A DNA stretch of 24,864 nt from Candidatus Helarchaeota archaeon (GTDB taxonomy: Archaea > Asgardarchaeota > Lokiarchaeia > Helarchaeales > RDOG01): NCBI GenBank assembly GCA_029838215.1, contig JALGVI010000089.1:1-24864 (forward strand), given 5' to 3'. Shown one piece after another: positions 1 through 8,239 of the stretch. The position numbers and the translations under genes were made by a program. Under the pieces are notes generated by a model. That model worked only from the letters and a program-made list of their open reading frames with translations. It made no database searches and was not told where the DNA came from. The first letter of the stretch is position 1; every line of letters begins with the position of its first letter.

Positions 1-1041
1 GGTATTTCATATCGTAATAATGGATCTTTTATTCACACGCCTGATGCTCCTTTAATTCAGGATTTAGATACAATTCCTTTCCCTGCTCGTCATTTATTTC
101 CAAACCACTTGTACCATTTTTTTGGTTCGACTCTAAAAGGAACCAGCATGGTCTCCTCGCGGGGATGCAATCGTCAGTGTGCATTCTGTTCCATCACGCA
201 ATTCTATCATCATCGATGGAGAAAGCGTTCTGCTTTGAACGTCGTTAAAGAGATGAGACACGTTCATGACAAATATAAAACAACAATCATAGGACTGATG
301 GATGATTGTTTTGCCCTTTCAAAACGTCGTGTCTATGAAATCTGTGATTACATGAAAGACTACGGTCTTGTTGGTGATTTATGTTGGGGTGCTGCATTGA
401 GGGTTGATAATTTAAATTACGATATTCTGAATAAAATGCGTCGAAGTGATTGTGCCATGCTCTTCTTTGGCGTAGAAAGCGGCGATCAGAAGGTTCTTGA
501 CCGCGTGCAGAAAGGGACGACAACGAAAATGATAGAAGATGTCTTCCGTTGGGCACATAAACTCGGAATTAATACCATTGCCTCGCTAGCACTTGGACTC
601 CCAGGTGATACTTTTGAGGGGTGCCTGAGAACCATTGAATGGGTTAAACGCAAGTTAAAACCATCATTCGTCGTGTGGGCTGCTGCAACACCTTATCCAG
701 GAACTCCGTTCTATGAAGAAGCAATAGAAAAGGGTTGGATCAAGGAAGATGTTGAAGATTTCAGTTCTTATACCATGATGGACCCAGTTTTAAATCTGAC
801 GGACATGACCAAAGAAGACGTGAAGAATTTAATAAAATATGCATACAAATCAATGCATTTAAACCTCTCCTACTTGATAAATCGATTCTTCTATGAAATC
901 AGACAAGGCGTTGAACTTTACGGAACGCTTTCCATTTTTCGCCAGTTCATTCAAGTGGTATTTCCATTTTTATCCCATATCAAGAAGTATGGAATGTATC
1001 CACAGCTGTTACCTAAAAATCCAGAAGAATGGAAGACATAA
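1..1041 (+). CDS. B12-binding (class B-like) radical SAM protein, 5'-truncated by the window edge
   Basis: Frame 1 is open from base 1 (GISYRNNGSFIHTPDAPLIQDLDTIPFPARHL), so 109 in the ORF track is not the real start. Motifs: SRGCNRQCAFC (CxxxCxxC), MDDCF, GVESG, LGLPGDT and TPYPGTPFY, typical of BchE-like cobalamin-dependent radical SAM enzymes. Confidence 0.88.
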   Translation, partial: GISYRNNGSFIHTPDAPLIQDLDTIPFPARHLFPNHLYHFFGSTLKGTSMVSSRGCNRQCAFCSITQFYHHRWRKRSALNVVKEMRHVHDKYKTTIIGLMDDCFALSKRRVYEICDYMKDYGLVGDLCWGAALRVDNLNYDILNKMRRSDCAMLFFGVESGDQKVLDRVQKGTTTKMIEDVFRWAHKLGINTIASLALGLPGDTFEGCLRTIEWVKRKLKPSFVVWAAATPYPGTPFYEEAIEKGWIKEDVEDFSSYTMMDPVLNLTDMTKEDVKNLIKYAYKSMHLNLSYLINRFFYEIRQGVELYGTLSIFRQFIQVVFPFLSHIKKYGMYPQLLPKNPEEWKT

Positions 1042-1160
1042 AACCGGGATCTCACCCATTTTTTCTCATTTAGAACGGTTTTCTCATTATTTTTTAAATC
1101 TGTTTGTCATGCTAGATTTATAAGACATGGCTAACTTTTTCATAAAATGGCGGTGTAAAA

Positions 1161-2075
1161 ATGGGTCTTTTTGATAAAATTCAAAAGCTCGTCCAGAAGG
1201 AGAACTACGAAAAAGCACAAGCACTGCTAGTTAAGAAACTCTTTACAGGAAACGAAAAAAATATTTCAGATTCCTTACATGCAGTTCATTTTCTTATTAC
1301 TGAAGTTAAACAGAGAAATTGGCAATTCCCTGATGAAATTTTAGCCATTTTAGTAAAAAAATTGAAAGATGATTACTGGATATTGCGTAAAAATACGTTA
1401 ATGGCAATTGCCTCCGTTCTTTCACAGTTTCCAGACAAAATAAATGAGGAGAACCTCTTCTCAAAAATTCAGGATATTGCCTTGAATGACAAGAATTGGA
1501 CCGTCAGGAATGCCGCATTAGAATGCTTGAGCACGATCGTCTTGATAGTGCCCGGAAGGGTATTGAAATTATTACAGAGAAAAACAGAGGATCCTGATGC
1601 TGATGTCCGGCTAAAAGCATTGGAGATCTTGGAGAAAATAGGTCTGGATTATCCCGATAAAGTCAAGGACATCCTTCCGTACCTTGTAAAAAGCATGAAA
1701 AATGATGATGATTTCCGTGTTTCTAAAGTAGCGGAAGACGCAATCATGAAACTAGCTGAGAAGAAAAAGGAAATCATAAAAAACAAGAATCCGAATGCAA
1801 ATGTTTATGATGATGTTGAGGTTAAACAAATAACGTGCGTGCATTGCCGACGATTAACTTCACTTCACGATAAATATTGTGACCACTGCGGCAAACCACT
1901 ACAAAAAGATTTATTCTCGGGTCAGATCATAGAATCTCCTTCTGCAGTTACTCAATGCCCATTTTGCAAGAGTTACTTTGAAGAACAACATATTATCGAA
2001 TGGTTGAAAAAAAATCCGCATTGTCCAAATTGCATGGAGAAAATTGATGAAGCGACCTTGATTCGACCATTTTAA
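1161..2075 (+). CDS. HEAT-repeat protein with C-terminal double zinc ribbon and RING/U-box-like domain
   Basis: HEAT-like repeats (DDYWILRKNTLMAI, DKNWTVRNAALECL, DPDADVRLKALEIL, DDDFRVSKVAEDAI), then CVHC..CDHCG, then CPFCKSYFEEQHIIEWLKKNPHCPNC. Confidence 0.8.
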   Translation: MGLFDKIQKLVQKENYEKAQALLVKKLFTGNEKNISDSLHAVHFLITEVKQRNWQFPDEILAILVKKLKDDYWILRKNTLMAIASVLSQFPDKINEENLFSKIQDIALNDKNWTVRNAALECLSTIVLIVPGRVLKLLQRKTEDPDADVRLKALEILEKIGLDYPDKVKDILPYLVKSMKNDDDFRVSKVAEDAIMKLAEKKKEIIKNKNPNANVYDDVEVKQITCVHCRRLTSLHDKYCDHCGKPLQKDLFSGQIIESPSAVTQCPFCKSYFEEQHIIEWLKKNPHCPNCMEKIDEATLIRPF

Positions 2076-2076
2076 A

Positions 2077-3312
2077 TTATTTTTTATAAAAAGGACGATC
2101 TTGCATCTCGATTGCTTCCTTTATTTGTTCGACTTGAGAGTCAACGACATTTATCCTCTCGTCTCCGAGTAATCTTGCCTCATCAAATTCGTCACGTAAA
2201 TCAGGTGTTGTTTCTTTGCCGAGTAATTCATTGACTTTCTTCATCCACTCCGCAGGCACGAGATTGGGAAGGTTCTTTTCTGCCATCACGGAGAAATATA
2301 GCGACCACGATTTTCCTACAACATCAGGTGAATATCCACCTCCACCCAGTGCAATCCACTTTCCATCGCAGACGTCGTGAGTCAAGTCATGAATGAATCG
2401 TGCGATTTTTTCGTACGTGCTAATGCTTAATGCAAGGTTCGTTAATGGATCGCTCCAATGCGTGTCCACGCCAAGTTGAGTGATAAAAATATCGGGGTCA
2501 TATGCTTTTATTAATGGGGCAATGATTTCGTTTAAAATCCGTAAATATGGTTTTTCATACGTGCCGGGAACGAGTGGGATGTTGACAGTATAACCGGTTC
2601 CTGCACCTTCTCCTGTTTCATCAATGTATCCGGTCCCCGGAAATAAAGTCCTTGGATGTTGATGAATGGAAATCCCTAATACATCGGGACTCTTATAATA
2701 GATCGCAGTCGTGCCATCGCCTGCATGGGCATCTACATCTAAATAGACTATTTTTTTTACGTCATACTTTTTAAACAAGTAAGACGCCGTTATGGCACAA
2801 TCATTTAAAATGCAAAATCCAGAAGCACGATCAGATAAGCCCGTGTTGAATGTTTCACCATTCGCATTTACAGCTCTTGAACCCATCGCGTGGTGAAGCC
2901 CTCCAGAAATGTTAAACGCGTGCTTGGTTTCCCCTGTCATTACTAGATCCGCCGCTAAGAGTGACCCACCTACATATAGGCGTGAAGAATCGTACATGTT
3001 CGGAAAGATCGGATTATCCCCGGGTCCCAAACCAATCTCCCACATTGCACCCCCTCGATAGTCTTTTTGACTTGCTTTTTTCAAAAGCTTTATGAAAAGG
3101 TCGCCATGGACGAGCCCGACCTCATCATCAGTCGCATACCGCTTGGCAGCGTCTTCCACTGAAACCTCAGGGTCTTTTAAAACCCCAAACTCTTCAATTA
3201 GAGTTCGAGTCAATACCAAACGCTTTGGCGTCAAGGGATGTGAAGGACCGAAATCATAACTCAAAAAATCATCAGAATCAATTAGGATTGCTTTTTTCAA
3301 GGCTTTTACCAA
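2077..3312 (-). CDS. Zn-dependent deacetylase, histone deacetylase/AcuC family
   Basis: HPLTPKRL, GGLHHA, ASGFCILND, YLDVDAHAGDG, SIHQ..FPGTG, NIPL, QLGVDTH..DPL and GGGGY. TTG start. Confidence 0.93.
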   Translation of the reverse strand: MVKALKKAILIDSDDFLSYDFGPSHPLTPKRLVLTRTLIEEFGVLKDPEVSVEDAAKRYATDDEVGLVHGDLFIKLLKKASQKDYRGGAMWEIGLGPGDNPIFPNMYDSSRLYVGGSLLAADLVMTGETKHAFNISGGLHHAMGSRAVNANGETFNTGLSDRASGFCILNDCAITASYLFKKYDVKKIVYLDVDAHAGDGTTAIYYKSPDVLGISIHQHPRTLFPGTGYIDETGEGAGTGYTVNIPLVPGTYEKPYLRILNEIIAPLIKAYDPDIFITQLGVDTHWSDPLTNLALSISTYEKIARFIHDLTHDVCDGKWIALGGGGYSPDVVGKSWSLYFSVMAEKNLPNLVPAEWMKKVNELLGKETTPDLRDEFDEARLLGDERINVVDSQVEQIKEAIEMQDRPFYKK

Positions 3313-3395
3313 CGTGTTCCGTTTTCATTTCTAAAATGAATAATAACATTTCCAAATTATTGCAATTATATTTTAAGATTTTTAATTGCGACCAA

Positions 3396-4649
3396 TTATT
3401 GAAACCTCAAGAAAAGCAAGTTTTCCAGATTCTCCTCATCAATTTCATGTCGAGCCATCTCAAATGCTTTCTGGAGATGGTCTTTAGAGAACATCTTGAA
3501 GGTTTTTCGTGAGAATTTCGACCAATGAGGAATGCCTTGGAAAACCACGCGACAAGGCCAATCATTCTTTTCGGCAATAACTTTCAAGCTCTCATTCAAG
3601 TTGATCCAAAATGAAAAATATCTCGGCAGGATTTCAACATGTTCGTCAAAACTGCGAATGAATCGATTATTCGCCAAGATCATCAGATTTGGTAATCCGT
3701 ATGGTAATTGAGCACGATAAATTTCCGTCAAGCTGCCTAGAAACTGAGTCCATTTCCGTTCATCAACATTCTCTTTCAAAAAAGTACCGTAGGACTTCAT
3801 TAAGATCTCGCGATAGTGTTGTTTGGTAAATTTTGGGCTGGTATTAATTTGTTGGAAGATCCTTAAAGCACTAGCAAGCCGCCACTCCAGCCATTCACCA
3901 CTCATCTTTTTAAGATAATCCTTTATTTTATTCATGTTAGGATATAGTTTCAATGCTTGCAGGAATTCACCTTGCAATTTCAAATAATAGGTGATGTAAT
4001 GATCGTAGATTCGACTATAGGAATAGCCCATGACATCAATCATCGTGAACGTTGTCAAGACTTGGAAGAATTTTTCACCGTGCCCGTTTTTTAAGAGTTG
4101 TAGAAATTGATCATCAAGAAATAGGCTCCAAAGAGCATGATGCGAACGTTCTCCGGTATAGATCGTTCCCATTAACAGATGATATTTCGTCACCTGCGTG
4201 ATAAAGTGCTTGATGTCATCATTAATGGAATGAAAACCCAGAAAGTCGAGTTTTTTCAACTGAAAAGCACCTTCACGGGCATGATTTCGCCGATCTCTGA
4301 CACGACCAATATCATGGTATAGCAATAACAAGGGTAGAACGTCGGAATTCCATTCATCAATCATGGATATTTGTCTCCTGATTTCCGAGATTGACTCTTC
4401 GCTCAATTTTAGAGGGATGGGCTCGTTTTGCCTCAAATTGGAGTATAAAACCAGCACTCTGAAAGTATGGTAGAGAGTTCTTCTAAATTCAAATTCATCG
4501 GTGATATTTTCAACGGCTAAATATTGCTTTAGAAGCGGAAATTCTTCCTCAAATTTCTTATAAAATGCAGTTTCACGCACGTTCTTTTTAATATCATCGC
4601 AATAATTGATATCTATCTCTTGGATTAATTTCAGGATTTTTTCAGCCAT
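3396..4649 (-). CDS. HD-domain protein (GlnD/CCA-enzyme-type HD signature), standalone
   Basis: YHTFRV, LLYHDIGR, NHAREGA, YHLLMG and FTMIDV. The ATG at 4649 (MAEKILK) is preferred over the ORF-track TTG at 4685. Confidence 0.7.
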   Translation of the reverse strand: MAEKILKLIQEIDINYCDDIKKNVRETAFYKKFEEEFPLLKQYLAVENITDEFEFRRTLYHTFRVLVLYSNLRQNEPIPLKLSEESISEIRRQISMIDEWNSDVLPLLLLYHDIGRVRDRRNHAREGAFQLKKLDFLGFHSINDDIKHFITQVTKYHLLMGTIYTGERSHHALWSLFLDDQFLQLLKNGHGEKFFQVLTTFTMIDVMGYSYSRIYDHYITYYLKLQGEFLQALKLYPNMNKIKDYLKKMSGEWLEWRLASALRIFQQINTSPKFTKQHYREILMKSYGTFLKENVDERKWTQFLGSLTEIYRAQLPYGLPNLMILANNRFIRSFDEHVEILPRYFSFWINLNESLKVIAEKNDWPCRVVFQGIPHWSKFSRKTFKMFSKDHLQKAFEMARHEIDEENLENLLFLRFQ

Positions 4650-4844
4650 GTTTTTTCTCTTCCAAGATTGAGTTATCTTTTTCAAATTGTTACAAATTCC
4701 GAAATCACATAACTTGGCAGTAAATTCATTTAAAAAGGTTAAAGATTTCGTGCAAGCTTGCCATTATATGAGCGTGAGGAAGCATTTTTATACTTGTACT
4801 TCGTTAAAAACATACCATCTATTTAGATATAGAAGTGAACCATC

Positions 4845-4967
4845 ATGAAAGAAATCATTTATATCGGTAAAAAGAAAAATACTCGGTTTTTAGCACCATT
4901 GACGGTGTTTTTAAATTACATGGTCATGCTTCAAAGTCGCGAAAGCATGAACGGACAAAGCAAATAA
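4845..4967 (+). CDS. Putative 40-aa small ORF (MKEIIYIGKKKNTRFLAPLTVFLNYMVMLQSRESMNGQSK)
   Basis: ATG preceded by AGAAGTGA at 6 nt spacing. The same motif lies 5 nt before the EF-1alpha ATG, and AAGTGA lies 6 nt before the ATG at 8068. TTTTATA occurs near 4786. No homology evidence. Confidence 0.3.
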   Translation: MKEIIYIGKKKNTRFLAPLTVFLNYMVMLQSRESMNGQSK

Positions 4968-5132
4968 TATTCCTCATTTTTCTCTTCGTCAGATTTCCTT
5001 TTTAACGGACTTTAATAACGAGGGAGTATTCCGTTCACGGATCATGATCGCATTTCGTCAGGATTGCGTTTCACGTGTTTTTTTTAATAATTTCATAAAT
5101 AATTTCAGCAGAAATTTTTCCATCAATTCTAA

Positions 5133-6128
5133 ATGGTCTTCATTGGCGGTTTTCCCATTAAAATTCAAAAAATAAAAATACTTGTTCCACGAAAGATATT
5201 CTTCAGCAACTTGAATGGGGATCCTAAGTTCTTGCAACCAAATGCTTCAAATCCAAAACCAATCACTTCCAGCAAAGAAGAGTTCTTGAATCAAATCAAG
5301 CTGAAAATAGAACTCTTAAAATCAAACATTCAACACAAAGATAATAAGATTAAACTGCTTCAGCAAACATTAGGTAACACACTAACACGTGTGAAAACGC
5401 AAGAAACGATTATCAAACGCTTGGAAGAGCGTGGAAAGCTTCTAGAAACGATCTATGATGAGAACCAAAGACTTCTTAAAATGGTAGACGAATTGGAAAA
5501 TCGTGATAGAGAAAAATCGGAAATCATAAAGAAGTTGGAGAACCAGATCTACGAAATAAACAAATATACAGAATTATCCCACTCAGATTTTAGTGATAGG
5601 CAAAATTCGCTCAAATCAAAGATAAATGCTTTACAAGATCAAACAAAAAAACTTCAAAAATATTCTCAGGAAAAAGAAAACCTCCATAAAAGAGCAGAAG
5701 AAAGACTTCTTGAATTAGAAAGAAAGATAGAATCGTTAGATACGGAACTAATGCGCAAGGATTCTGAGATTTTTTACCTTCAGGAAAAAATAAAGGACGA
5801 GAAACAGGGATTCGTACCCAAAAAAGAAGTAAAAATCCCAATGAAAAAAGAAAAGGTTAATGAAAAATACCTCATCGAGCTTCGAAATGAATTGAAAAAG
5901 AAAAAACAACGAATTTATGACCTCGAGAACCAAGTGAAACAATTATCCGTGCGTGGTACCGATGAGCATGCCGAATTGGGATTTCTAGTGGGAAAAATCA
6001 TTCCGAACCTGCCAACAAATCTGGTTGGGGACTTTGTTAAAGAACTTCTTCCAATGAACCCAAAATCTCGCAACATACGAATAAAAGAAATCCGGGACTT
6101 GCGGGAATTTAACGGCATCAAATTTTAA
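5133..6128 (+). CDS. Long coiled-coil protein with small C-terminal globular domain; start uncertain
   Basis: About 230 aa of K/E/L/Q-rich heptad-like sequence, then HAELGFLVGKIIPNLPTNLVGDFVKELL. The first ~30 codons look low-complexity, so a later start (e.g. TTG 5211) is possible. Confidence 0.7.
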   Translation: MVFIGGFPIKIQKIKILVPRKIFFSNLNGDPKFLQPNASNPKPITSSKEEFLNQIKLKIELLKSNIQHKDNKIKLLQQTLGNTLTRVKTQETIIKRLEERGKLLETIYDENQRLLKMVDELENRDREKSEIIKKLENQIYEINKYTELSHSDFSDRQNSLKSKINALQDQTKKLQKYSQEKENLHKRAEERLLELERKIESLDTELMRKDSEIFYLQEKIKDEKQGFVPKKEVKIPMKKEKVNEKYLIELRNELKKKKQRIYDLENQVKQLSVRGTDEHAELGFLVGKIIPNLPTNLVGDFVKELLPMNPKSRNIRIKEIRDLREFNGIKF

Positions 6129-6231
6129 AAAGCATTATTCACTCATATTGTATTAGATAAGATATTTTTTTTAAAACTCAAGAATTCATTTCATTGCTGA
6201 ATTTCAAAAATACTGAAGAAGGAAGCAAAAA

Positions 6232-6885
6232 ATGAATGAAGCCGAGCTGAAGATTAAAGAGTTATACGACAGATCCGTGAGTTTTTCCCAAGCATTTTAC
6301 AAGTTGGATGCAATTTTTGGTCGTGCAACCGAGAATTCTATTTATAGAAAAAGAACTATTGCAACATTAGGTATCACTCCAGGAGCAACCGTTTTGGATG
6401 TTGCTTGTGGCACGGGAAACAATTTTAGAATAATTGAAAAACATTTGCAAAATACTGGAAAGCTCGTGGGAGTTGATATCTCAACGGAGTCGCTGAAAGT
6501 AGCTGGGCGGAATGTACTACTACACGGATGGACAAACGTAGAACTCGTGAATAATAGCATCGTAAAATATGAGCCAGGGTATCAATTTGATGCAATTCTT
6601 TGTACTCTTGCCTTAACAATCGTTCCCGATTATAAGAAAGCAATTGATAAGATTCATGACCTGTTAAAACCACAAGGTCGATTCGCAATGCTAGGCATGA
6701 AACTGAGCGAACTTTTTCCATTCAGGACATTTAATTCATTTATCGAACAGTTCTACAAAAAATCAAGCATAAACTTGGATAGAAACATCATTGGTCTAAT
6801 AAAATCTAAATTTGGCAAAATCGAGCATTATGAAACGTGTTTTTTCGACCAATATTATATCTTAAAAGTAAAAAAACGCGCCTAA
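6232..6885 (+). CDS. Class I SAM-dependent methyltransferase (UbiE-like)
   Basis: Motif I VLDVACGTG, post-I LVGVDIS, FDAILC and LLKPQGRF. GAAGGAAG upstream. Confidence 0.88.
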   Translation: MNEAELKIKELYDRSVSFSQAFYKLDAIFGRATENSIYRKRTIATLGITPGATVLDVACGTGNNFRIIEKHLQNTGKLVGVDISTESLKVAGRNVLLHGWTNVELVNNSIVKYEPGYQFDAILCTLALTIVPDYKKAIDKIHDLLKPQGRFAMLGMKLSELFPFRTFNSFIEQFYKKSSINLDRNIIGLIKSKFGKIEHYETCFFDQYYILKVKKRA

Positions 6886-6928
6886 CCGTTACTGAGCCAA
6901 GAAGGACACGTTGTTTTTAAACAGGATT

Positions 6929-8068
6929 TCACGGAATAATTTCGCATCCATTATTAAACGTTGGGTATGCAAAACTTTCTTTCGATATTACTCCTTTTGA
7001 TATTAAAGATTCAACCGTTGGTTTAATCCCTTGTAAGACGTTTATGAAGTGTTTTACGGTCTTGCAGACTCTCTTAAAACCCTGTTCTCCCCAAAACATT
7101 GTTTTATTTGCATATAGACATCTCCCGCCACAAATCTTGAAAACATCGCACGAAGTGCACGGATCTCCAATGAGCAAGGAATTCTTAATTTCTTCTGGAG
7201 AAACGGACCATATATCTCCCACGTGAAAGTTTTTTTCATGAGCAATTGGGCAAGCAGTAATGAATCCATGAGGGTTAATGGAAAACAACTCTCGACCTGA
7301 ACCACATCGGATGGTTGTTGCGCGGTCATTCAATAAATCATCCATTACTTTTAAAAATGGAGCGATTCCTAAGATCACGCCATCTCTTGCCATTTTTTGC
7401 ACCCATGTTTCTGCCAGTCGAGATATTCCGAGATTATAATTTTCAGCCCACCGATCAAAGACAGACCAGTCAATTCCTTTTAGTGAATTGGTATTACTCC
7501 ACAGGATTCCCTCCGTTCCCCATAAAACATCTAATTGCCAATGAACGTGATTAAATAATTGTTTATCAAATTGATCCTTAACCATTAGTAAGTGAGTTAC
7601 TTCTTCGTAAATATTTGAACGGATGGAAACGGTCATTCTTGCGATTAAATCCCCTTTAAATTTATTTTTCCTTGCCCATTTCGATTTATCAATTACTGTT
7701 TGATACATGGATGTTTCATTGATTTGACGGTAATAATCGGTTACTTCTCGCCTACCGTCGATCGAAATCAACATGGTATGGAATTTTTGCAGATATTCAA
7801 CAGGAATTTGATCGAGTAAGGTCCCATTTGTCTGAATGCAATAATATTTAGCCGGAATTCTATCCATTATTTCTAGCATTGCAGGAATGTTGAGAAGAGG
7901 TTCACCGCCATAGAACGTGATGGTGCGGTCGGGGTCTTGTAGTAAAAAGCGTTCAAGATCATCAATTGAATATTGAAGTGTATATGGAACAATGTCTTCT
8001 TTAAATGAACCACCACAATACTTACAATGTCGATTACATTCTCCCGTGAGGATTATGTAGTAAAACAT
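6929..8068 (-). CDS. Radical SAM/SPASM protein, resembles the archaeal TIGR04084 family
   Basis: LTGECNRHCKYCGG, FYGGEPLL, QTNGTLL, ISIDG, SPASM cysteines (CGSG, ITACP, CTSCDVFKICGGRC) and C-terminal NNGCEIIP. Confidence 0.85.
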   Translation of the reverse strand: MFYYIILTGECNRHCKYCGGSFKEDIVPYTLQYSIDDLERFLLQDPDRTITFYGGEPLLNIPAMLEIMDRIPAKYYCIQTNGTLLDQIPVEYLQKFHTMLISIDGRREVTDYYRQINETSMYQTVIDKSKWARKNKFKGDLIARMTVSIRSNIYEEVTHLLMVKDQFDKQLFNHVHWQLDVLWGTEGILWSNTNSLKGIDWSVFDRWAENYNLGISRLAETWVQKMARDGVILGIAPFLKVMDDLLNDRATTIRCGSGRELFSINPHGFITACPIAHEKNFHVGDIWSVSPEEIKNSLLIGDPCTSCDVFKICGGRCLYANKTMFWGEQGFKRVCKTVKHFINVLQGIKPTVESLISKGVISKESFAYPTFNNGCEIIP

Positions 8069-8239
8069 GTCGATTCACTTGTAGATTCAGATTCTCCGTT
8101 TTTATTTCTTTTTAAATCATCGTTTCAGGAAGCAAGGATTTAAAAATTGGAAGTTGTCGTGGCGAATTTCAGGAATTCATCAAAAATTGTGAAGTTTCGG
8201 CAAGCGATCTTGACAACATCAAACATTACCGGCATAAAA

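Noticed and set aside
1-1041. Assigning the B12 radical SAM enzyme to a specific pathway such as tetraether lipid modification
   Set aside because: The N-terminus is outside the window and the visible motifs are generic to the class.
4870-5005. Alternative frame of the small ORF (KYSVFSTIDGVFKL) faintly resembling ribosomal protein bL27
   Set aside because: Very short resemblance, needs an unsupported frameshift, and the rest of the family signature is absent.
4986-5061. Two minus-strand CTGACGA motifs matching the hammerhead ribozyme core CUGANGA
   Set aside because: Neither is followed by a stem II closed by GAAA with a matching stem III and UH site.
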